Assembly (NCBI GenBank): GCA_946965045.2
Contig: OX337234.1
Span: forward strand, 2,852,001-2,916,000
Direction of reading: 5' to 3'
DNA: 64,000 bases
Origin: Epithemia pelagica
Lineage: Eukaryota; Protista; Bacillariophyta
Positions 30,687-42,335 of the stretch are shown here, one piece after another. The notes under the pieces are model-generated. The model had not been told where the DNA came from and did no database searches. It worked only from the letters and a program-made list of their open reading frames with translations. Position 1 is the first letter of the stretch; the number at the start of each line of letters is the position of its first letter. The position numbers and the translations under genes were made by a program.

Positions 30687-32090
30687 ATGCTAAGTTTAAA
30701 TATGTCCTCCAGAATTCATCACAAGACAAAGAAACGAAACCGCTTTTCGGTGGACAATGTTCCATCGAACGAGAAATGGGGTAGCGAAATCGTACCGAAA
30801 CACCAGAAACGACAGCGAACACCAGACATCGAGGGTGCCGAGGTAACGATCCCCCGAACAACAAATGGAAAGGACTCCCATGTCTCGCGCTCTGACCATG
30901 GACAAGAATCTCCACATCATAGTTCAACACAAACCCCTACAACGATTGAGACATTGACAGCGGCTCGTCGACGCCCGGTGGAATCTCCCCCCACCACCAC
31001 CAAAAAGAAGAAGACAAAGAATCAGAAGCCACCACCACAACATCAACAACAACGTGATGGTCTGAAGACTGCGTCATCGAAAGATTTGACTTCTCCGACA
31101 AAGAAAATGAAGAATCCGGCAACTCCACCACAACAACTAGACCAAAAGCGAGATGGAGTGATGGATGCAGCATCAAAAGAGTCCACCACCACTCCGACGG
31201 AGAAAAAGAATCAGGACCCTCCACATCAAAAGTCACAGCAACGACAAAATGGTGCTACGGCATCGAAAGAGTCCACTGCTTCGCTTCCGTCTTCATCTTC
31301 CAAACTTCCAGAGAATTCTACAGTGTACTTTATCGATCTTTGTAACAGGTATAGACAGGATGAGGCCTTTGCGAAATTTGAAACCCTATACAAGACAAAT
31401 GACTACGGTTGGCTGAGAAAGCTCGAGTATGAAACGAACAAGAGTGATTCCTTCGTGTCTAATTACAAGCCATCGTCCAGCAATAGGCAGCCTATGCATT
31501 CTCCCTCAGAAAAACAACTGGCTTGTATGTTGAACGTTGCCTTCCCACCTCACGATTACAAGATCCGTTATCTTGCGCATGCATGGGGAGCCACCGCAAT
31601 CACGCTTCGCACCTGGTTTAAAAAGTTTGCCCAAAATCCTTTACACGTCCCAAGAAAGTCACGATCTGATAAGGGTATTACTCTCTTGACTTCGGAAAAG
31701 AAGCGCAAATCAACATGGACCGTACGATTTGTGTTTATGAAGGACTATCATTCCAAACATCCTGGTGCTGGTGCAGACGAGGCGTCAAACGCATGGAAAG
31801 CGATTGAAGGAGACAAAAAGGCACAGGCTCCCTATCAAGCTATATTAGACCAATGGATGGAACAAGGGAATTCTCTGCTACCCGAAATCCAAAAGACTCT
31901 ACAAGAGACGGATGGTCAAGTCTCGTGGAATGCAGTTGCTTCCATGGTGACGAGACCGGGCATGCCGCAACTGGTCAGTTCTGACACAATCCGTCAGTTC
32001 TACCAGAAGAATAATCTGACGCACCAGCAATCGAAAACGAAAACAAAAGCCAAGACCCTTTGTGGATCTCGTTCCCATGACAAGCGATGA
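30687..32090 (+). CDS. HTH / HMG-like / HTH DNA-binding protein, paralog 3
   Basis: 467-aa ORF collinear with paralog 1; HTH is LAHAWGATAITLRTWF. Confidence 0.7.
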   Translation: MLSLNMSSRIHHKTKKRNRFSVDNVPSNEKWGSEIVPKHQKRQRTPDIEGAEVTIPRTTNGKDSHVSRSDHGQESPHHSSTQTPTTIETLTAARRRPVESPPTTTKKKKTKNQKPPPQHQQQRDGLKTASSKDLTSPTKKMKNPATPPQQLDQKRDGVMDAASKESTTTPTEKKNQDPPHQKSQQRQNGATASKESTASLPSSSSKLPENSTVYFIDLCNRYRQDEAFAKFETLYKTNDYGWLRKLEYETNKSDSFVSNYKPSSSNRQPMHSPSEKQLACMLNVAFPPHDYKIRYLAHAWGATAITLRTWFKKFAQNPLHVPRKSRSDKGITLLTSEKKRKSTWTVRFVFMKDYHSKHPGAGADEASNAWKAIEGDKKAQAPYQAILDQWMEQGNSLLPEIQKTLQETDGQVSWNAVASMVTRPGMPQLVSSDTIRQFYQKNNLTHQQSKTKTKAKTLCGSRSHDKR

Positions 32091-32809
32091 CGATGCCACA
32101 GTTGGAAGTGCGTTTGTTTACCTGAATTTTCAACATGACTTTGGTCCTTAGTTGTCTATCAGAGAAAGCGTCTCATTTCTGCCCGTACTGGCCGTATAGA
32201 GGATCGGAGCGTTGCCCAATTAGCAAGCAACATCGAGATGAACTGAATCAAAAGTAGCATAGAGTGAGATTCGTCGTACTGTTCCGATGACATCTGTTTA
32301 TTTAGAATATGTGGGGTTCTGTGGGTCCTTACGCACGGCAGAAGAGGAACATTGATCTCGAGGCGGGTCTTGTCAAATTTATGCCCTCACGATCGAGCGC
32401 TACAAACCAATGATATTACTCCGGAAAGCAGGTATGGATATATCAAGTGATGCTTCGAGGTTTGCTTTTCATCTGCCGCTGAAGGGTCTCCCTGTTGCGG
32501 TCTTGGTGTGTCTGAAGGCATGACTCAAACGTTATACGTGCTTGCAGTTCCTTTGGTCCTGCTCTTTTCCTTTTGTTCTTCCTCTGTTCCTGCTTCTAGA
32601 AAAATGAGAAAAGTGCCCAAAAATGAGTTTTTTTGATATAGTTTGTGAGAATCATACGGATATTCCTCTAGCTATGTGCTAGTATCGATAGCTAGCGGAG
32701 TATATTGTCGGACGGACATAGCAGCATGAAATTCAAAACTGACAATGGACGAAAATACTAAACGACACATTCAAGGAAGAAACACAACATTCAATCCATC
32801 CATACATGC

Positions 32810-34240
32810 ATGCTAAGTATAAATATGTCCTCCAGAATTCATCACAAGCACAAGCAAAAGAAACGAAACCGCTGTTCGGTGGACAATGTTCCATCGACCG
32901 AGAAATGGAATGTTGAAATCGTACCGAAACACCAGAAACGACAGCGAACACCAGACACCGAGAATGCGGCGGTAACGATGCCCCGAACATTAAATGGAAA
33001 GTACTCCCATGTCTCGCGCTCTGACCATGGACAAGAATCTCCATATCATGATTCACCACAAACCCCTACAACGATTGAGACATTGACAGCGGCTCGTCGA
33101 CGCCCGGTGGAGGATGAGGATATCACAATAATTCCAACCACCAACAAAAAGAAGAAGACAAAGAATGCGAAGCCACTACCACCACCACCACAACAACAAC
33201 AACGACGTGATGGTCTGAAGACTGCGTCATCGAAAGATTTGACTTCTCCGACAAAGAAGATGAAGAATCCAGCAACTCCACCTCATCAACTAGACCAAAA
33301 GCGAGATGGAGTGATGGATGCAGCATCAAAAGAGTCCACCACCACTTCGACAGAGAAAAAGAATCATTACCCTCCACATGAAAAGTCACAGCAACGACAA
33401 AATGGTGCTGCGGCATCGAAAGAGTCCACTTCGCCGGCTCCTTCGTCGTCCAGACTTCGAGAGAATTCTACAGTGTACTTTATGGATCTTTGTAACAGGT
33501 ATAGACAGGATGAGGCCTTTGCGAAATTTGAAACCCTATACAAGACAAATGACTACGGTTGGCTGAGAAAGCTCGAGTATGAAACTAACAAGAGTGACTC
33601 CTTCGTGTCTAATTACAAGCCATCGTCCAGCAATAGGCAGCCTCTGCATTCTCCTTCAGAAAAACAGCTGGCTTGTATGTTGAACGTTGCCTTCCCACCT
33701 CACGATTACAAGATCCGTTATCTTGCGCATGCATGGGGAGCCGCCCGACAAACGCTTTGCAACTGGCTAAAAAGCTTTGCCCAAAATCCTTTACACATCC
33801 CACGAAAGTCACGATCTGATAAGGGTATTACTCTGTTGACTTCGGAAAAGAAGCGCCAATCAACATGGACCGTACGATTTGTGTTTATGAAGGACTATCA
33901 TTCCAAACATCCTGGTGCTGGTGCAGACGAGGCGTCAAACGCATGGAAAGCGATTGAAGGAGACAAAAAGGCACAGGCTCCCTACCAAGCTATATTAGAC
34001 CAATGGATGGAACAAGGGAATTCTCTGCTACCCGAAATCCAAAAGACTCTACAAGACACGGATGGTCAAGTCTCGTGGAATGCAGTTGCTTCCATGGTGA
34101 CGAGACAGGGCATGCCGCAACCGGTCAGTTCTGAGGCAATCCGCCAGTTCTGCCAGAAGAATAATCTTACGAACCAGCAATCGGAAACAAAAACTAAAGC
34201 CAAGACCCCTTGTGGATCTCGTTCCCATGGCAAGCGATGA
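32810..34240 (+). CDS. HTH / HMG-like / HTH DNA-binding protein, paralog 4
   Basis: 476-aa ORF collinear with paralog 3; HTH is LAHAWGAARQTLCNWL. Confidence 0.7.
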   Translation: MLSINMSSRIHHKHKQKKRNRCSVDNVPSTEKWNVEIVPKHQKRQRTPDTENAAVTMPRTLNGKYSHVSRSDHGQESPYHDSPQTPTTIETLTAARRRPVEDEDITIIPTTNKKKKTKNAKPLPPPPQQQQRRDGLKTASSKDLTSPTKKMKNPATPPHQLDQKRDGVMDAASKESTTTSTEKKNHYPPHEKSQQRQNGAAASKESTSPAPSSSRLRENSTVYFMDLCNRYRQDEAFAKFETLYKTNDYGWLRKLEYETNKSDSFVSNYKPSSSNRQPLHSPSEKQLACMLNVAFPPHDYKIRYLAHAWGAARQTLCNWLKSFAQNPLHIPRKSRSDKGITLLTSEKKRQSTWTVRFVFMKDYHSKHPGAGADEASNAWKAIEGDKKAQAPYQAILDQWMEQGNSLLPEIQKTLQDTDGQVSWNAVASMVTRQGMPQPVSSEAIRQFCQKNNLTNQQSETKTKAKTPCGSRSHGKR

Positions 34241-34620
34241 CCATGCCACAATTGGAAGTGCGTTTGTGTACTTGACATGACTTTGGTCCTTTGTTGTCTA
34301 TCAAAGGATGACCTTGATATAAAGCAGCGTCTCATTTCTGCCCCTTCTGGCTGTATAGAGGATGAAAGCGTTGCCCAAACAACAAGCAACATCGAGATGA
34401 CCTGAATCCAGAGTAGACGCGAGTGATATTCTTCCTACTGTTCCAATGATGTTTGTTTACTTAGAATACGTGGGTTTCTGTTGGTCCTTACGCATGGCTG
34501 AAGAGCTTTTGATTTGTAGGTGGGAACATTGATCGCGAGGCGGGTCTTGTCAAGTTTATGCCCTCGCGATCGAGCGCTCTAAACCAATGATATTACTGCA
34601 GAAAGCAGGTATGGATATAA

Positions 34621-36101
34621 TTAGGTGATTCTACGCTTCGAGGTTTTGCTTTTCATCTGCCGCTGAAGGATCTTCTTGTTGCGGTCTTGGTGTGTCTGAA
34701 GGCATGACTCAAATGTTTCACGAGCTAGCTGTTCCATCTCTCCCTCCTGCTCGAATGTCACCTCACCCAGTTCTTCGAGCTGTTTGTCACTGATCGGAAG
34801 CATTTCATCCCAATTGACTTCCCGGAAGCAAAAGATGTTCAGATCCCGTGTACCATTATTCGGGCACTCTCGATCTTTGCCTGCATCGTTCCTTCTTCCT
34901 GGGCCTTTGCTTCTTTAACTTGTGTCCGATTCATAAGCAAATTTACGATCCCTTGGGCGAAATACCGTACGCCTTCCATCACGAACCGAAGAGAAAATTC
35001 ATCGTTGTTTTCATGAAACTCAACTTCAATTCCTCCTGTGTCCTTTTGCTCTTCGGCAGCAGGGACTTGACCGGACCCTCCACAGCGAGCTATGTGCGAA
35101 CATCCAGAAACCTTCACGTATATGGCATCGCAGTACTTGCATTTTCTATACATGTTTCTCGGGTCACGGGGATCAGTCACATCCCACGTCAAGAGCTTGT
35201 TCGTTGTCTTGATGAAATCTTGAAGCTTCAGAGACAAGTGCACCCCTGCCTTACCATATACCAGGTTCTTTTGTGAATCAGAAGCAAGGTTTTCGTAAGC
35301 ATCACGGAAAATGGTGGTCTTTTCTTCTTCAACCATCTTACGGGTCTTGGCTTGGGTCACGACGATACACACATCGGATTCATAAGTCTTTCCATTTTTA
35401 ACAACACTGTGGCAAGCATCACTCGCAGCCTGAAGCTTGGCAAGGACCTTGTTTATGGGTTTGTTGTACTTTCTGATGCCAGACAATGACGAGACTGTGG
35501 CAAGCTGGGATGGGGTCACTTCATAATTGCGGGGTGCTTGAAGCGTGGATGCGATAAACGTCACAATTTCCTCTCCATTCGTGTCTTTTCCAACCATGGT
35601 AATGTGATTGTTCGGAATTCCGAGGTATTTGGTCAGTGCGGTGACAAATTGAGCTTCATCATAGCCGTCTTCTGGATTTGCTTGATCAATGTGGGTCACG
35701 ATAACCCGAACATCATCGCTCCCGAGAAAGTCCATGATAAGTTCAACATTCTTTCCCACATTGTCAGCACGACTCTCGTATTTGACCACTGCATATACTC
35801 CGGATAATGCTGTGTCTTCCAATGCCAGTTTTTGTGCCCCAAGATGCTCAGCAACACATTCAGACGAACCAAAACCAGGAGTACCAATAACGAAAAGATT
35901 ATGCCGCTCGTTGGAGCCAGACTCAATCGCTCTTGTACAACTCGAGGCTCCCGCGCCTGATGCATGTTTCGTTCCACACACTTTGTTGAGCACACGGCTT
36001 TTTCCATGACCCAAAGGGCCGAGAAAAGCAACGACACGGAAAGCAGCCGTCATGCTTCGACAAGTCTTGAACGTGATAAAACAAGCACCCACTTTATGCA
36101 T
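34621..36101 (-). pseudogene. AIG1/MMR_HSR1-like P-loop GTPase with C-terminal Cys cluster; probably disrupted
   Basis: G1 GPLGHGKS, G2 SCTR, G3 appears as GTPG (expected DTPG), G4-like VTHID, then CKYCDAIYVKVSGCSHIARCG. The C-terminal part (ECPNN...VNWDEMLP...) is in a different frame after ~34880. Confidence 0.55.
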
Positions 36102-36978
36102 AGAAAGAGAGAGTTGTCAGAAGCGGTCATCAATAAGTCGATACCACGAAATTTCTGAACAAGCTCGTCAATAGTCGTAACTCACCTCTCTATTTGAGCG
36201 GTCAATGCTCGATTAAGAAAAGTATGATCTATCGAATCAAGCAGAACCAAATCCACGGCTCGAGATCCATGAATGGAACAGAGCGGAGCTCAAATTATGC
36301 AGTGAAACAATCTTTGGGACTTGGAACTCCCTATACCTGAGACGATTGGATATGGCTCCTGGGGGAACCACCATGCAATCAGAACATTTTCAAAATCCAA
36401 CTGTTGGTGTGAAACATGTCTGCTTGACATGAAGTGGACGATTGGATTTGGCTAGGTATTGGAAGAACCGATCAGAACATTTCAGAGTTCCTATTGAAGG
36501 ATCATTTTGATTTTCAACCAATAAGGTAAGGCTACAAAACTTGATGCTTTGCTGTGAAATCTTGCTGTTGTCGGTTCCGTCAATGAGACAATATGAAACG
36601 AACCAGTCTCTTGACAAAAGAGAATCGAAAAAGATACGGAAGTTACTTCAGATTTTGCTGTGAAGTCTAAGGCCTACCGTATGATTCTCGAAGTGGTCGT
36701 GAGGGGTGTCTATCCCATCCCATGATCTACGCACCTAAGTGTAAGACTCTGCAAACCCACCAAGACCAAGCATATCAATCTTGCGACACGCACGTTGGCG
36801 TTGAGTGGGACAAAACTTCTTGGAGTACATAGGGTTTCCGGTGAACACAGAGCCCGTTGAGACACAAGATTTGTGTCCATCCTAATGACCGACCATTCAC
36901 TCTATATGATAATACTTAATACTTCACCGTTCGGTGTTTCCTCGTTGGTTCATGCCTTAATACTGAAGCGAATCCTAC

Positions 36979-39900
36979 CTAGGATGAGCTTTTCCTCGCC
37001 ATTGGGTGTTGCGCGGCCGGTCGTCGAACCTTTTCCCGCAGAACTTGCATCAAGGATTGGACCGGGGCAATAATGGCCACACTCAATTCCCCGACTGTGT
37101 GTCGATAAACATTGCAAAAGGCATACAGTACCTTTTGTAAAAATCGTAGTTTGCTCGTGTACATGCTTCCCGGCAATTCGTCCAATATTTTGCCTTCCAA
37201 AATGGCCGCGTCTTCAAAGTCGCGTCGTCGATTTTTAGATGAATGAGTCAAAGGTCCGACCAACAAGTACGCCAAAAAGACAAACCCATTCCCCGCCAAC
37301 AAGAGATTATCTCGATCTTGTTCCTTCAAGGTGCCTTCATCCATCTCCTTGTCCGACTGGGAACCAAAGGCCGACTCTGCTGAATTATCTTCACCCTCCG
37401 TAAGTAGGTCGTCTTGAAAAGAAGCCGTGAGGTCAACCAAGTGCCTGACCAGCCATGCGACAAAAGATACATTTTGAGGCTTTTCTTGTTTCTTGTCCAT
37501 CACCTTTAATTGAGCAACGATCGAGGAATAGCTTTTGTCGTTTGTTGGTTCTGTGGACGCGGACGACTCCACTAGATTGGCCAAGGTGTTGAGAGCAAAT
37601 ATGGCTAAATCGTCGTGACGATCGGGAAGTGAAATGACTTGCCCGTGAGCATAGAGGATTTGAGCCAAAATTTGCCATCCCTCGGCACGTGTCACTATGG
37701 AGACTGCTTCGTTATTTTCGTGTGTCAAACTTGTCAAGGTTTTGAGGACTTCCAGAGACACTCCACCGATCCATGATACCGAGCCACAAAACAAAGTGTC
37801 CTTGTCAAGATCGAACGCAGCTTTCAAAAAGTCAAGCAAATAAGGAATCAAAGATTGGGTCTTTTTCCCTTTGACGGTGTTTCGGTTCTCATATAAAGCA
37901 CTGCAAAAGGATTGCCGATTGCCATCGTGAAAAAGGCAGGCACCATCAATCACAGAAGCCAAAATAGTAATGCGCTCGTGTAAGGCTTCAATACAAAGGT
38001 CACTACTGTTGCTCTTATCTTCATTCAATCGAACCTTGGTTGAGGCTTGGGAGACTGTTTGTGCCATGGCTTCTGCAAGTAGTTCAATGACTGTTTCATT
38101 CTCGGCCAAGATTCGGTTGGTTATGATAAGAGGATTGTCGGATTCATCATCTTCAACCATTGTAGGATTATGTCCTTTGTCATTGGACTCGTCCAAGCAA
38201 GACTTTTCGTGACCCTCCAACCGACCTGTCAAGATTCGCTGAAGTGCCAAGAGAGTCAGATTCGACGGCAGTTGTGAACTCTGAGAGACTGAGCCGGGAT
38301 TATGAGTCGCTTGAAGCGTTGCTGTGTCATTTCGTGACGGAATACTCATGGAAAACGTCGCAGCCGACATTTGTTGTTGATTCTTGTATTCTTTGCTCAT
38401 TGTACTCAAAGATCGTTTGAGAACTGTGCTCCATTGTTCCTGTAGAATAGCCTGTTTTGTCGACGCATCTCGACCGTGGTTTTCGCTTCCTCGCCTCGAA
38501 TGTCGAGAGGAGAGAGACGAGGTGAAGCTCAGCTCTTTTAATTCCTTCTCCGTCACTCTCGGTAGCTCCGCTGCTTGTTCTTGGGTAATCGCTCGATCCT
38601 GTGGAATGACAAAGAGGGAGGAGGGGGGCGGCATCAACTCCCGCTCCGACAAACCATCTCGAGCACGGAGACGTCGTCGCTTTCGACCCGCAACGGTCGG
38701 ATCATTCGATAGAAGAGACGTTTGGGAAAGATACGATTGAGGACTGGACAAATCTGCGTCGCATGTTGCAGTTTCTTCAACTTTGCGGCGTTGTGAAACC
38801 AACAAGGCGTCTTCTTCTCGTTTCTTCCCGTTGATAGTGGAAGGCGGCGGCTCACGTTTCGAACCACGTCCTCGAGTACGATTTTGTCGACGGTATTCCC
38901 TTCCTGCAACGGTAGGGTCTGCCGACACAGCAGAGATAAGGGACGATTGAGATTCTGGACTAGTGATGGGATCTGTTGGTGATTCTTGTTTCAATTTCAA
39001 TGCTACATGGTCGACCATCGGACGTTTCTGGACGGGCGACAAGGTCGAATCCATGTCCGGCGCGTCCCGTGTGGTGAGATTGTCCAGGGGACGGACCAGG
39101 GTTCTCTGCTGGAACAGGGCCAGTCGAACGAGGCCGGCCAATGCCTTTGGATGGGACAGAATGGCCAATCGAAGAGATCTTGCCCGCTCGGCAGCAATGG
39201 GTGACAATGCCTGAGTACATTCCAAGGAGAGAAAATGCCACACCACTTCTGCGACGAGTTGCAACGACAAGTTGTTTCGATTCGGTACTCCATCGGATGT
39301 CGTTTCACAAGACAGGGGAAGCAGGGCATCCTCCGGAGTATTGGTCAGAAGGGATGGTTCTTGTTTCGGTTGTTGGTGGTGAAGGAGCGTTACCGGCAAT
39401 TGCCCCATCAAATCCAAAATAGCTTGAAGCGCCGGTCCATCGGCGGCAGCAGCAGCAGCAACAGCCGACGGTTCCTCCTCCTCATGGTGGGACTTGCATA
39501 AGAGTTTCCGGTTGCGTTCCAGACTCAAGAGCCAGGCCAATTCTAGGATGGATCCAGATTGTATATTTTCCCAGAATCCCTCACACAAAAAAGTAACTTC
39601 GTCCGTCAAGAGTTGCAGTTGACCATCGTCTTGCAAATCGTAGACATTGACCCCCACGCCACCATTGGTGGTATTTGTGGACGTGGACAGTCGTTTACCA
39701 TGGCTTGGTCCTGTGGGCGACTCGGCCATGCTTTCGTCGTCGTTATCGTCGGCCATTGCTTCCTCCACGGGTCCGGCAGTTTTGGATCGCAACCGTCTCG
39801 TCGTCGGGGCATTGACATAGCGCCGTCGCGTCGTCCGTCGACTCCGAGACATTGTGTACGAGGAGGTGGAGGAAAGGGACGAATAGGACGGAACGGGACT

Positions 39901-40046
39901 GCTGCTGTTCGATTCCTTGGTGGTAGCATTCACGGTCCAACTTTGGTCATCGTCACACGAGGCAGTCCACAACCCTCTCCGTGACTGGTGGGGAAGGCCA
40001 TTCGGATCGTCGTCGTCATTCGGGTGCTGTGGGTCTTTTTGGTTCG

Positions 40047-40078
<32 letters not shown>

Positions 40079-41832
40079 AGCTCTTGTTCTTGTTGTCGTC
40101 GCAGTTTGAGTCGAGCACTTTTGGTACGTCCCAATACAAAGGGTGCCACGCCCCATCGACCACTGTCCGTGACAGTACTACTACTACCACAACTTGGATC
40201 GCCATTGTGCGGTGAGGACGACGACAAGGTCAAAGAGGCACTGGTAGACGTTGTGCTGCCATCGTGTTGCTGTTGTTGTTGTGGTGGCCCGTTTTGACGT
40301 GGGCTTTGGGAACTGGTTGCCAAACTGTCCTTCTCGATTGCGGTGGTCGTACTTTCTTCCTCTCCACCGTGTGATGACGAGGACATGGACAAGGAGCCAT
40401 TGCTCCGACCCGTCACATCATGTTCGAGAGGCCTTTGTTGTTGTTTTTGTTGTTGTCTGGTAGAACCTGAATCGGTGGTAGCGGTTTGATCGTCGCCCGT
40501 GTCATGATCCTTTTTGTTGGGTTGGAATTGTAATGCCATCTTTTTTTTCTTCTTCTCTTTCTTGGAACGTGACGACGACGACAAGACAGACGTTTCGTCC
40601 CTCGACGATGCACTTTGATGGTCGTCCTGTTGTGTGGTGTCGGTCGGAATCGTCGAGTGCTTCTTCTTGTTGTTGTTGTGGTTTTGGGCGGTGGATGCCA
40701 AAAAGAGTCGTGGTCGAAAGCCCTTTTTGGACGCCAAAAGTTGAGCCTCGTAGTCTTCGTCATAGTCCAATTCATCCCAGGTTGTTGCTGTTGTCGCGGG
40801 TTTGGCTTGAAGGATCCGTGTGGAGTGAGTAGTGTCGTGTGATGCATTCACAGCCGGTTGTTGGGGATGGCCTCGACTGCTGGGTCGAGAGGAGCTGTCC
40901 TCTTTGGTACCCGAGGAATTCCCTAATCCGTGTTTGCGTTGCCCCATCGACGACAAGACGGTTGTTGATGATGTTGAAGACGATGACAAGACTGTGGACG
41001 ACGATTGCGAGGATTCGTGGGACGAGGCAACCACTGTGGTGGTGGTGGTCTTTGCCTTGTTGCGGGAGGGGGATGGCAATCGTTGTGGCACCAGTGTGCC
41101 TCGCGAGGACGATTCATCTTCATCGTCGTCATCAAAGTCCAACTCATCTCGAACCGTCAGTTTCTCGTCCATTCTCTTCTTGGGAGGCGCACCCAAACTT
41201 GCAGTGTGTTTGTTGTGTGTTTGTTGTTGTTGTTTCCTGGTTTCTGTTGGGAGTGGTTCCCGACGACTGGTTGTGGTTCGTTGGGAAGATTTGCGAGGAG
41301 ATTTCTTGGACGAATTCTGCTTGGCCACTCGTTTCGTGTCATTTTCGTCATGGTGAATTGGGGCGGTACTACTACTCGTCATCTTCTTCTTCTTGTTCCT
41401 TCGAGGCACAGTAGCAGCAGTAATAGTTTTCTCATGTTGGTTGCTCGATGCACTACCCGAATTTTGGGAGAGATTCTGTTGGAGTAGATCGGTTGTAGAG
41501 TGTGGTTTTGTGGTTCCATCCGTGATCTCTGAGGACGAAGAGCTCTGGCTTGAATTCGATGGCGTCGTGCTGGTGATGACATGCTGGTTGGCCGGTGGCG
41601 ACGGCTGCTTGTTTGGTGTGGGAGGAGTGGAATCGCTGTCCTCTTCCTCCTCCTGTCTGGATCGTTTTCCTCCCATATCCCCTTTGGTACTACTACCCCG
41701 TTTCCTTGTTTGGCGTTGCGGCGGCCGTGGTGAAAACAGAAACACTTGGCGATTTTGGAGATGATCAATGCGCCCCCAAGGAACATTTGTATAGGACTCC
41801 AGAGTACTTACAATCGACTCATTAGCGACCAC
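36979..41832 (-). CDS. WAPL: WAPL-like (wings apart-like cohesin release factor) protein
   Basis: Long disordered N-terminus (poly-Q, Ser-rich) and helical C-terminal domain with LKTLTSLTHEN, FALNTLANLVE and LYAFCNVY, resembling the WAPL domain. Confidence 0.6.
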
Positions 41833-42335
41833 ATCATGTCTGAAGAGGTCGCGTTTGAGTCTTGTTAAAGGGCATCAGTCGCGCGGTCTAACGACGACCA
41901 ATGACACACGCCGCAAAAATGTATGGCGTGACGCGAGAGTGTTTTGCTTCCTGGAAGTTGCTTTTGTCATGTCAGGGAACGAACGATGGAGACTTTGGGG
42001 ACAACTCATGTTCTTCCGCTGATCCGAGTGTGTCTCGTTCCTGTGGGCGTAAAGAGAGAGAGAGACTCGGACCACGCCGACGACGTGGATCCAATAACCT
42101 TCCCAATGACATCAGACGTTTGGTAGTTGGAGTTTGACCAGAAGAACAAGAAACATACGGAGAAGCCAAGCAATGAGTCACAGTCGGACGCAAACTGAGC
42201 TTGGTGTTGGTTGGTGGACAAGGGCTCCTTCTTTGGTAGGATGAAAGGCCAAACCCCCAAACAATGATGAATCCACGATGAAAGGCACGAAAAAACTTGT
42301 GTGCGTCCGGTCACCCAAGACACAACACACGACAA

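Noticed and set aside
31590-33775. Diversity-generating retroelement as the cause of HTH variation
   Set aside because: Substitutions involve all bases, and no template repeat or DGR-type RT is visible; the only RT is copia-type.
40045-40082. (TGC)n microsatellite; also (GTT)n at ~24735-24775
   Set aside because: Ordinary poly-Gln tracts in coding low-complexity regions.
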